Shown: positions 12,375-23,608 of the stretch, in pieces | Layout: every line of letters begins with the position of its first letter | How positions within the stretch are numbered: position 1 is the stretch's first letter | DNA from: Podarcis cretensis | Lineage: Eukaryota | Assembly: GCA_951804945.1 (NCBI GenBank) | Contig: OX638149.1 | Location: 71,486,001-71,550,000, forward strand | Direction of reading: 5' to 3' | Length of the DNA stretch: 64,000 nucleotides | The notes under the pieces: model-generated | Told to the model about the DNA's origin: nothing | Databases searched by the model: none | The model's input: the letters and a program-made list of their open reading frames with translations, nothing else | Position numbers and translations under genes: made by a program

Positions 12375-12930
12375 GTAAGGACCTGTTGCGGCACACAAAA
12401 TAGCTGCTTGACGTTGAGCAATTGTGGTCAGGCAGTGACTTGTTGAATATGTGTCCTGCTGTACAACAGCAAGAAGCCGTTAAGTGAAGGGTAAATGGGC
12501 TGAAACGTCAGAGCAAGCACATTATACGCAGACTGCAGGCAGGAGGTCTTGATTCCTTTAAACCTCACTGAGCAGTCTTATTGGAAACAGATTACTTGGT
12601 TAGCCATCACCATGTTTTTCATGGCGTAAATCATTGTTTGTGAAGACTTTGGCTGGGGACCCACTGTGGGCTTAGAGAATATAGAAGGAAAAATAGATGC
12701 AGAGCTTGCAGAACTATTAAACAGCAGGGTGGTTCCTGTAGGAGGTGGCTTTTGGCTTATGTTTAGAGGATGTCTGTGTAAACTCATCTGCAGCAGCTAC
12801 CTTCCTCAGCGCTCATCTGCCAGCTATATTGTTTTTTTGTGACTAAAAGTTCATCCCCGCTGTCCACTTCTAACACCTACAGAGAACAGCAGATTAATAT
12901 TGCCACCCAAAGAAAATGTCTAACACTTTC

Positions 12931-12949
12931 ATATCTATCTATCTATCTG

Positions 12950-12989
<40 letters not shown>

Positions 12990-13305
12990 CATCCATCCAG
13001 AGGTGCCAGCTTTGAGAGGGCAGTTGAGGATGCCAACGTCATGTGTGTGATGTCATGCAAGCGATAGCAGGAGGTTGGGACAAACATGGCAGCCACGTGG
13101 CTTCAATGGCAGGCGACTCCTCCTTTGTTCCTCCTGGTGCCGCCACGGGTGGGAGGCTGCTTTGGCCCTCCTTCCCCTCCGCTGTAGGAGGAGGAGGAGA
13201 TGGCCGCTGGAGCTGCAATGTGCTTTGCAGACATGGGAGGGGCGGCCTCTACCCCCCAAATATATGGGGGTCCCTAAAGGGCTCAGCCCCAGGAGCTTGC
13301 ACCCC

Positions 13306-13345
<40 letters not shown>
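12931..13345. repeat. (ATCT)n microsatellite split by a ~310-bp GC-rich TIR element
   Basis: ATCT arrays at 12931-12997 and 13307-13345. The insert begins cagaggtgccagct and ends agcttgcacccct. Confidence 0.7.
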
Positions 13346-13346
<1 letters not shown>

Positions 13347-13588
13347 GCACACAAACACTCTTAAGTTTTATATTCTGGATGTGTATACCTATCCTTGTTA
13401 TTGGTATAAATCATATGAAATATAGGCTAGGAGTGAAGTTTTTAAGAGGATATATAAATGGAAACTGGTGCTTTTAAAATACTGATTAATTGGCACTGGC
13501 AGCGACACCTTTCTTTATCTTCCATGCCTTTTTTTCCTTTATGATTTCGTGACTTTTCTGAAGCAGCAATTCCCAAATGCACAAATTT

Positions 13589-13778
13589 GGGGAATGGCTT
13601 TATCTCAGTGGTACAGCACATGTTTTTGCATGTACAAGGTTCTGGGTTAAATTTTTGACATCTCTAGGAAGGGCTGGGAAAGACTCTGCTCTGAAACCTT
13701 GGAGAGCCTTCCAGTCAGTGTCAACAATACTAGGCTTGATGGGCCAATGATCTGAACTCATATCAGGAAGTTTCCTAT
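13589..13778 (+). mobile_element. tRNA-derived SINE with CR1-like tail (Squam3-like; decayed copies near 18760-18960, 32170-32325, 51430, 61575)
   Basis: tRNA-like head (ctcagtggtacagcac...ggttctgggttaaat), then ctgaaaccttggagagcc...cagtcagtgt...gatgggccaat...tttcctat. Confidence 0.6.
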
Positions 13779-13842
13779 TATCCCAAAACACTGAGTTGAA
13801 GCCTCAATTATAAAGAACTATTTATCATTTATAAGTGATACA

Positions 13843-14092
13843 CAGTCCTACCTTGGATTTTGAATGCCATGGCTCCTGAACAAATCGGCTCCTGAACAAT
13901 TGAAACCTGGAAGTGAGTGTTCCAGTTTTCCAATGATTTTCGGAAGCTAAATGTCTGGCGCGGCTTCCACGGCTTCCAGTTGGCTGCAGGAGCTTTCTGC
14001 AGCCAATCAGAAGCCACACTTTGGTTTCTGAACGTTTTGGAAGTCGAACGGACTTCCAGAACGGATTCTGTTCAACTTTCAAGGTACAACTG
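13843..14092. mobile_element. Tc1/mariner MITE
   Basis: TIRs cagtcctaccttgga... / ...tcaaggtacaactg followed by TA. Confidence 0.65.
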
Positions 14093-16044
14093 TATAACTA
14101 GAAGTTCTAGACAGAAAGAACTGTTTGAGTGTTATTTGAGCATTAGTTTCTAGCATATTTTATCTTGCCTTGCCATGCCACTCTAAGATGTTTCTAATAT
14201 AATTGGCTTAAATAGCCAGCTGAGTTACTATATGTAAAAAGTTCCCCTCCCCCAGTTATCAAGACGTGTCCAAGAGTTGTGGAGGCTCTTATTTTTAGGT
14301 GATTTCCTATGTCTTCTTTTATTTATTTATAAGATTTCTCACCCACCCTTTACTACAAGATCAAAGAAGGACAAGTAAACTGAATATGCTGCAAGTCTGC
14401 CTTCTTTTTAAATGTTACTAATTTAGAATATAAAACTCTGAAAACTTTTCAATCTATCTTCTCACAAGCTGTCTAGAGGGTTGCAGGTGGAATAGTGAGA
14501 CATGATTTTGTTTAGTTATGCTGTGTGTTTTGGTGCGCTGTGAAGCTTATGCATAGACTTGGGCAGGTCAGTATCTCACAAATAGTTGAGAGAAAACAGA
14601 CATAAGAGTTATGCTGAATTGGGTAGAGGGTACATTTTAGCCAGCATCCTATTCTCAGCAGTGGCCAAACAACACTTCTGGGGAAGCCAACAACCCCAGC
14701 TCCTTGGAGGAAGAGTTGCAGTCCAAAATTACAGATAAATAAATCCACTTTGAATCACTATGTGACTACCAACAGAGCATGAAAGTGCCTGCCACCTTTT
14801 TCCCACAATGCCATTGATCACAGTAATTTGGGTGCATGCCTGTTCACAGCATTGTGATTCTTCAAACTGGATTGACAAAGTTTTATTTCTCTTTATTCCA
14901 ACTTCAAAACCTCTCTTCAGTGTACCAGTATTTTACTAAGAATGTCTGCATGTAAGTGGAGATTCCACCCCTACTTTAACAACCGTCTTACACACAGTGT
15001 GAACAATAATCCTTGATCTTTTTCCTAACAAACAAACAAAAAATGACAGTACCATTTGCCAAAATGCTAATAATGATGAATTGATTTATAATGGAATCAT
15101 TCCCTTTAGTTTTGACTGTGTGACTGTCATTCTTTATGTAGCCAAAACAGCAACAGCAGCACGCAACAGGGAGAAATGATGATTTCTCCCTGTTGTGTGC
15201 TGCTGTTGCTGATGATACAGAGTTTGTAGAAGAACACAAATATTTAGAAAACAAATTCTAAGGCTGTGAACCTCAGTAACAGTTGAATACGAGCTGAGCA
15301 TGTTCAATGGCCGCAGAATGCTGCAATCCTGAACAGCAGCACTCCACAGCAACATTTTATTGCAGCTCCCACTTCTATTTAGTGATAAAACTAGGATCCA
15401 TAGTAATACATTCATCTTCAATACTGGTATCCTTCCCATTCATGCAAACTTGAAGCCCAAAAAGTTATATTCTAGTATATTTCTTTGAGAGGAATGTGTT
15501 TGATTAAAATTCCTTGTTTTTCCTCAGAGGTCTATTAATACTAGGTCTGTAATTAGAAACTCAATGATTTCTTGTTGATATATAACTTATGAAACCATTG
15601 AGTCCCATTAAACACACAGTGCATGCACATATATCAGATTGTTCTTCTCGCAGGTATGGAGTTTAAGACTGGGTTTATTATAGCTCTGTGCATTGGTGCA
15701 CAGATGTCTTATTTCTTTTTTTTTAAAAAAGTAGCAATATATCGTGACTAACTCAGATATGAGAATTGTTCTACTTTGCTTTATTGCAGTATTTAAGGAC
15801 TGGTTATCTTTTCAGATTATATGGCTGTAACTAGTTAGAATTAATATTATGACAACACCCCTACTGTGGCATGGGAGTGTTGTTTGACTGCGTTTTGAAA
15901 TTACTTTCCACAGAAATACACAAGGTAACTTACAGTTGTGAAATAAAGTCAATCAAAATTCATTATAAATATAGAAACTTTTAAAATAGTACAAAGCATT
16001 AAGAAGATCAAAGTAGCAGACTTACAGTTTAAAAGCACCACATA

Positions 16045-16270
16045 CAGTGGTACTTCGGGATACAAACTTAATTCGTTCTGGAGGTCCATTCTTAACCTGA
16101 AACCGTTCTTAACCTGAAGTACCACTTTAGTTAATGGGGCCTTCCGCTGTCACTGTGCCACCAGAGCACAATTTCTGTCCTCATCCTGAGGCAAAGTTCT
16201 TAACCTGAGGTACTACTTCCAGGTTAGTGGAGTCTGTAACCTGAAGTGTTTGTAACGTGAGGTACCACTG
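16045..16270. mobile_element. Tc1/mariner (Tigger/pogo-like) MITE
   Basis: TA|CAGTGGTAC...GTACCACTG|TA with ~23-bp imperfect TIRs and TA TSD. Internal ttcttaacctga repeats. Confidence 0.85.
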
Positions 16271-16972
16271 TAATGGCATGTCTTGTTTTACAAAGGAAAA
16301 ACTTTTTGAAATGTTTTCACCTGCCTCTGAAAGACAGTGAAGGGATGAAAATGCCGAAGGAGCTGGTCTGGTGATACATTCTGAGGCTCCGCTCTGCATA
16401 GTATTTGTTCTAACTGTAAGAGAATTGTCAAATGTGCTAAAACGCTAGCTGCCTTTTATTTTGCTGTCAAACTTTTATTTCTACTGCGATAGTAGCTGAT
16501 CCTGTGCCTCATTTCCTCTCAGATCAGGGTACCCATGGCCTTGATAACTCACATTATAGCTGGTGAATGTCTTTGATGAGGTGGCAGCTTGACATTTGCC
16601 TGACTCTGACCCACACTTTAGCACTGGAATGGTTTGGCATAATTGTGTCAGCGTGTTCTGTCTCAGCCTCCTGAGTTCTTCAGGGAGTCCTGTGAATACA
16701 GCTATGACAGAGTTCAGAGAATTAGAGAATTGTAGAGTTGGAAGGGACCAAACCCCCCTTCAATGCAGGAATTAGTTGAAGGTTTTCTTTCTCTTTATTC
16801 CCCCTTTGCTCATCGTCCACTCCTACAGCACTTTGTGGCTCCTTTAGATGTGTTTGCCTGGTTCTTGCTGTGTGAGTATTTAGTTCTACCCTATTACTAT
16901 ATTTGAAAATAATGCTGTGTAACTAAGGCACATATTCTTGTCAACTACTATCCACACCTTCATTGTTACTAC

Positions 16973-17140
16973 CAGCGGCGGAGCTAGCCGCTCAGGCACC
17001 CGGAGCAGTGCTGTGCACCCAGGGGCGGGGCGGGCAATCTGCCCAGGGGTAGGGTGATCCACACAGTGGTGATTGCGCCCGGCCGGGGGGGGCGGGGGTG
17101 ATCCGGTGTGGCGGCGTGGCTGGGGGGTGCGATCCCGCAG
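16973..17140. mobile_element. GC/CpG-rich DNA-transposon end fragment
   Basis: Begins CAGCGGCGGAGCTAG (hAT-like terminus) and is CpG rich. No partner TIR seen. Confidence 0.45.
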
Positions 17141-17171
17141 TATGTATTCTAATTAGAATTACTGTGGGAGG

Positions 17172-17796
17172 GCAGAATTCATCATGCGAAAGGCTGGGCT
17201 GGATGAATCCCAAGCCGGAATTAAGAGTGCCGGAAGAAATATCAACAACCTCAGATATGCAGATGACGCAACCTTGATGGCAGAAGGCGAGGAGGAATTA
17301 AAGAACCTTTTAATGAGGGTGAAAGAGGAGAGTGCAAAATATGGTCTGAAGCTCAACATCAAAAAAACTAACATCAAAAAGACTCCTGCTTCTTGGGAGA
17401 AAAGCAATGACAAACCTAGACAGCATCTTAAAAAGCAGAGACATCACCTTGCCAACAAAGGTCCGTATAGTTAAAGCTATGGTTTTCCCAGTAGTGATAT
17501 ATGGAAGTGAGAGCTGGACCATAAAGGCTGATCGCCGAAGAATTGATGCTTTTGAATTATGGTGCTGGAGGAGACTCTTCAGAGTCCCTTGGACTGCAAG
17601 AAGATTCAAACTATCAATTCTGAAGGAAATCAGCCCTGAGTGCTCACTGGAAGGACAGATCCTAAAGCTGAGGCTCCAATACTTTGGCCACCTCATGAGA
17701 AGAGAAGGCTCCCTGGAAAAGACCCTGGTGTTGGGAAAGATGGAGGGCACAAGGAGAAGGGGACAACAGAGGACGAGATGGTTAGACAGTGTTCTC
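17172..17796 (+). mobile_element. Bov-B (RTE) LINE fragment, RT domain and C-terminal region, internally deleted
   Basis: ORFs 17184 (GRNINNLRYADDATLMAE) and 17407 (KAMVFPVVIYGSESWTIK...DAFELWCWRR...YFGHLMRR) are characteristic Bov-B ORF2 peptides. Confidence 0.92.
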
Positions 17797-19974
17797 TAGT
17801 AGGGATTTTGGATCCAGATCAGACCCTTACAATTCCTGTGGGACTTTACAATAAAACAATCTTTTTAAAAATCCCCACTAGCAATGTTGCATATGAAAAT
17901 GTGAGTGGAGTAAAACCAATTGTTTCATTTTTTTTGTTTTATATTTGGCCCCATAGTACATGCTAGAGTCAGTCACAAATGCTTGAGCAGAGTCCAGAAG
18001 TCTGAGAAGAGCTCGAATTATATACTAAATTAATTGAGAACTTCTTATTGTTTTAAGATTAGCTTGAAATAAAAGGTGATAGCTGCATATGATGACTTTC
18101 TGGAAACTCAGCAAGTGAACAGAATAAACGAGCAGCATTCAAAACCCACCATCATTCAACTGATGTCTGAAAGCAAGTTTAAAAGAAGAAGAAAGAATGC
18201 TTCTTTCTACCTCAGTAGTATTGCTTTACTGACATTCAAATTTCTGCAAATTCAATCAATTGATTAATAAACTAAAACTCATACGATTAATCAATTAAAA
18301 TTTCTTTAATAGGGTGACAGCTCTATACACAGTACAAGGAGAGCTTTCCTAAATGACTCTTCTGGAAGTTACTGAACCCAACCATAGTATTCAATTCTTA
18401 TGAATGCCATCTTGAAAACTGCTCAATAACAATAAAGCAGACCTTCACTGACCTATAATAATTTTGCCACATTTTAAAAATAAATCCTATATTATTATAA
18501 ATATGGGCTGAAAGTATTTTACTTTCATATTTTTAAATCCTTGATTATCATGATTGAATTTTCAAAGTTTTACTATGGACATGCATCTGCAAATACTGAA
18601 TTATTCTAGAGAAAATGCTAAAACCCATTGTTTGTAGCCCAGTTCACACAGCACATTCATGTTCAGGGAATATATGTATCGGGAACAGGTGAGACCATGT
18701 CTGCTTGCCCTGCCCCTGAGTTCCTTGTGGGGTGGTAACAGATGACTGAGTTTGTCCTTAGGAATATAGGAAGTTCCCTTATACTGAGTCAGACTATTGA
18801 TCCATCCAGCTCCTTGTGGTTTCTGCTGCTTGGCAGCAGCTGCCCACAGTTTCAGGGAGGAGCCTTTTCTTGCCCTCTCCAGACATGCAGTGAACTTAAC
18901 CTGGGTGCATGCAAAGCGAGTGCTTTTCTACTAACCTATGGCCATTCCCAAGGCAGCTCCTGTGGCCTTGAGACTGGCAGGACTTTGAACCTGCAATCAT
19001 TCTTATACAGAGTCCTTGACACTCTTCAAAATACAAAGTTCTCCGGAAATCTGTAACCTGTCTTTTAAGGTGAAGCAGGTTCTTCCCCGTCGCTAAGAAT
19101 GCAATCTCTTGAACCTAGGGAATTGAAAGTCGCCACTGTTGTCTGCTCACTAGCTTCAACAATGATTCATCTCCCCTGTTTCCAGTCTGCTTGCCAGTGT
19201 CAGTCCCAAATCAGCCAGGATTGTGGTTTTGAAGGAGCAGCAGATTGTTCAAGCCTGTCTGCAAGCTCACACCTGCTTGAGAATCGCTATTTGTGTTGCC
19301 TAGAAAATGCCTCTAAAGACAGATTTTTTTGAGTTGCAAATCTGTTCTCTTAGTTATAGACTAACGGGCAGAAATGCTTTATGTGCTACATGAAATTCCC
19401 TTTGATAAATCCCTGCTTTCAGAGTGCAAAGGAAACATGCTGCTCCAGATAATTATATGAGGAATTCAGTTTTTCTTTTTCTTGGTGCCATTTTTCATTC
19501 TTGCCTCACTTCATTCTTGGCTTGCTTAGCTTTGCCTAGACTTGGCTTCCCATCTGCCACGCTTGACAGCCAGTGTGGCAAGACATTTGCTGCACTGAGG
19601 GGCTGGCTGCATTCCTCGGAGCTGCACATTGAAGGAGTGCAACCATCACAAACAACTCATCAGTGCTTCAACTCCCCAGCACATTATTCTTTATTTCCCC
19701 CAAAGTGTGTTGATTATTTTACCATGGCTTTCATTTGCTCTTACTTTGGACAAAATGTTGCACCATGTTGCCAACAAAACTATTCTGCAGATAAATGCAC
19801 TGGAAGCGGTAGATTCAGGAATCTAGGAAAGAAAAAAAATTTTTTTTAAAGACAGTTGACCTCCATTAAGGACCTGTGGTTAGAATTCTCATATTGCAAA
19901 ATGCTGGATTTAAGAGATGTGGTCTTAAACTGAAGTAAAGTCTATACTTTTCCTTCAACACCTGTGGGAGAGTG

Positions 19975-20460
19975 ATTCAAGCCTTGAGACTTCAGTACTT
20001 GAAGGATAGCCTCTTCTCATCTGTCCCTACCCAGGCCATGAGGCTATTAGTTGAGGCCCTCTTCCAAGTGCTCCCACAATCTGAGCAGCAGGGAATGGCC
20101 TTGAAGGAGAGGACATTTTTGATGGCATCTCTCCAGTTGTGGAATGCCCTCCCTGGAGAGGCTCACCTGGTGCCACCTTTAATATCCTTTTGGCACCCTT
20201 CTTTCCCCAGGCCTTTAAAATCTGCTTGTAAACGGCTCAAAAGCTTTTGCAATGATGTCATGATATGGTTTAGCCCTGTTAAGATGATTTTCTGGCTCTC
20301 CTCATTTTGATTTTATGATTATGACTGGATTTCTTTTAATCTCTGCTATGTTGTTTGTGGTGGTTTCATAGTGTGCTGTTATGTGACTTTTTCTGCAGGG
20401 GACTTCTGTGTTTTTAACTTGTTTGTAACCCATTTGTTAAGGGGAAGATAAATAAATGCA
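19975..20460 (+). mobile_element. Decayed L2 LINE 3' fragment
   Basis: ORF 19972 contains RTFLMASLQLWNALP, similar to the L2 RAFSxxAPxLWNxLP motif. Confidence 0.6.
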
Positions 20461-20905
20461 ATAGATAAATAATGTGATAAAATGATTCGTCATAGAAGGG
20501 GAGGCTCATTTAATTATATTAAAGAATGGATCTTGAATGTTAACTCAAAAAAAATCCCTACAAAAGTTTTCAGTGTCAATGAAATGTCTGCTTGGCATCA
20601 GTATAGCAGAATGGGTTTTACCTTTCCAACAGTTTAGAATTTTATTTTCTTACGTTATTTATTTATATACTATTCCTAAGTCTTCAGGTGTCAAACTTAT
20701 AGGTTTTAATGCTTGCACCCACAGCACTGAACAGTGTAAACCAATCTTCAGTCTTTACTGCATTTAACCCCTTTCCCCCTTGCTGTGTTCCGAGAAAAAT
20801 CTGCCATCTTAAGCTGCTATTTGTATTAGGAGAAAATACTGTATTGGTGCCATCTCCCCAAAGCAGATAACGGTTTCAGATGAGGGATTTCCTTTAGCAC
20901 CTTAG

Positions 20906-21243
20906 TGTGGGTTAAACCACAAAGCCTAAGACTTGCCGATCAGAAGGTTGGCGGTTCGAATCCTCACGACGGGGTGAGCTCCCGTTGCTTGGTCCCTGCT
21001 CCTGCCAACCTAGCAGTTTGAAAGCCTGTCAAAGTGCAAGTAGATAAATAGGTGCTGCTCCAGCAGGAAGGGAAACGGCATTTCCATGCGCTGCTCTGGT
21101 TTGCCAGAAGCGGCTTTTTCATGCTGGCCACATGACCCGGATGCTGTACACCGGCTCCCTTGGCCAATAAAGCGAGATGAGTGCCACAACCCCAGAGTCG
21201 GCCACGACTAGACCTGATGGTCAGGGGTCCCTTTACCTTTACC
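20906..21243 (+). mobile_element. Sauria SINE (near full length)
   Basis: B box ggttcgaatcc, tgccaacctagcagtt, gctggccacatgacccgg and an (ACCTTT)n tail. Confidence 0.9.
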
Positions 21244-22799
21244 AGTCAAGGAGAGGGTTACCGGTACATTTCCTTCCTTCTATTTCCAGCTGATGCTGTT
21301 TTAAAACCCGCTTGTTAAATGCAAATCACAGCTAATGTCCTGAGCTGACTTCAGTCTCCTGACTTTGTGTCAGTTAGAGTAACTGACATCTGCCGATATT
21401 TCCAAATTCCTTTGATCTTCTTTAAGTTACTTTTTTTTTTTTTTTGCACTTGTTACGTTTTGAATTTCTCATTTTTCAGAACTGATTGTGAAACACTAGC
21501 TTGTTGTCCTTATTTTTTCTCTGGGTAGTCTCTTCAAGGTATCACCGTAGAATTTATGGCTTCATATTTATACTCCACAAAGGCTGAAATTCCATTAAAA
21601 TTTATTTGCTGAAAATAGCCAACTAAGTTTCTAAATTATTCTTCATCTGAGCTGGGAGGTATCTTGTCTCCAGAGTTTGTGAGTTCCAGTGCATTCTATA
21701 CATTTGCATTCCATGCTACTGAGATAATGATCAAGGGCTGCCAATTGAACCATTTTCTATTGCAGCAGCTGCTCAAGGTTTGTCATTAAAACAATCCAAA
21801 AATATTGGTTTGTGTGCAGTGCCCTTTAAGGCACTGCCTACACTTTAGATAGTGAAAGTAGCATACCTTAATTAAAAAATAATAATATCTGTAGGTTAGT
21901 TTATTCTAAATGAATAAACACTGAGGAAGATCTGTAATTATTTCATTTCTCTGCCACTGACCAGAATTTTTCATTTAAATTCCATTCTTTAGCCCTCTCT
22001 GTTAATTTATCAGTCTGGCTAGACTTGCACACAAAGGCATTGCACCTTTCTTTCTCTTGTATTAATTCACACCTGCACACGAGCCAGTATGTCCTCCAGA
22101 TGTTATTGGACTGCAGCTCCCATCATACCTGACCATTGGCCATGCCAGCTGTGGCTGATGGGAGTTGGAGTCCCTCAAACATGTGGGGGGCACCAAATTG
22201 GCTACGGGGTGGGGTGGGGAATCATCCAGTTGCACCAATAGATAGTCGATTCAGGACAGGCAAAAGGAAGAACTTCCCCACGCAACACTTACTTGGAATT
22301 TCCTGCCACAAAAGGTAGTTAGATGACTTTAGAAAATGATTAGCAGGGGCAGCCTGTCCTGCTTTGCTGGTGGAGGTGCCTCTGTTCTTCCCCTGCACAT
22401 GGCTGCAGTGGTTTCTTCCAAGATATTGCCAGAAGAAGCTGCTGCAGCAGGACCCAGTTGGCTGCAGGGGTAGGCAGAGCACCCCCGCAGCTGTCTGCCA
22501 CCCAAGGTGGCTGCTTCAGCCCACCTCATGATTAGACAAATTAATGGAGGGGGGTTGTTTTTAAAAATTGCCATGATAGCTAAGTGAAACGTGTAGTTTC
22601 AGCAGTAACTTGGTGAAAGCAACAGAGGCAGGTGGTTGCCACCGGGCCCTTATTTGTGAACTGCTGGAAACGTTTGGCTGGCTGCTGTTGGGAACAGGAT
22701 TGTGGACCCTTGATTTGGCCTAGAAGGACTTCTGTGTTCATATAGTTGCTGGTACCAACACATCTCCTGTGTAGTTGAGCCTGGAACAATTATTTAAAC

Positions 22800-23608
22800 C
22801 AGGGTGGTCCAGCACCTGGCCTGAGGGCCACATGAAGCCCTCAATGCCTTTTTGGTGGCCCTTGGCAGCAGCATTTGACTCCCACCCCCACAGCCCTCGC
22901 ACTGCCTTTCCAAAGCTGGGTAAGCAAGGCGCTGGCTTTGGGCAGAAGGAGTGAGAGTTCTGACAGGGTCCTAGAGTCCTCCATTCTCCTACACAAAGCC
23001 TAGTTAATGGGTAGGCAAAATAAGACCCGGGGGCCGGATCTGGCCCAATTGCCTTCTATATCCGGCCCGCGGACGGTCCAGAAATCAGCATGTTTTTACA
23101 TGAGTAGAATGTGTCCTTTTATTTAAAATGCATCTCTGGGTTATTTGTGGGGCCTGCCTGGAGTTTTTACATGAGTAGAATGTGTCCTTTTATTTAAAAT
23201 GCATCTCTGGGTTATTTGTGGGGCCTGCCTGGAGTTTTTACATGAGTAGAATGTGTGCTTTTATTTAAAATGCATCTCTGGGTTATTTGTGGGACATAGG
23301 AATTCGTTCATTATTTTTTTTCATAATATAGTCCAGCCCACCACAAGGTCTGAGGGACAGCGAACCAGCCCCCTGCTGAAAAAGTTTGCTGACCCCTGGC
23401 CTAGTTAGTGCTTTCCCAACTTTGGGAATAATGTGAGCCTTCCAGAGCCTCACACCTCCTTTCCAAAGCCCAACCCCTCGCATATCCAACTTTAGGAAGT
23501 TAGCATGAGGGCTGAGGGGGCATCACATTTTGGCCTCGCTCTTCTCCACCCCCGCGCATCAAGGCAGTGTGTAGCCTGCATGTTCTGTGTCAAAGTTGGA
23601 CTGCCCTG
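22800..23608. mobile_element. Older hAT-type non-autonomous element hosting a nested MITE
   Basis: Imperfect TIRs cagggtggtccagc / gttggactgccctg. Confidence 0.55.
23006..23398 (-). mobile_element. hAT (Charlie-like) MITE with 8-bp TSD and an internal 71-bp triplication
   Basis: Perfect TSD GCCTAGTT at 22998-23005 and 23399-23406. Reverse complement of the copies at 33001 and 51164. Confidence 0.9.

Noticed and set aside
17184-17799. Reverse transcriptase ORFs as an active or domesticated gene
   Set aside because: The fragment is short, frameshifted, internally deleted and truncated at both ends. It is an ordinary dead Bov-B copy.
23093-23293. Regularly spaced repeats resembling a CRISPR array
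   Set aside because: The 'spacers' are identical, the array lies inside a hAT MITE, and the DNA is vertebrate with no cas genes.
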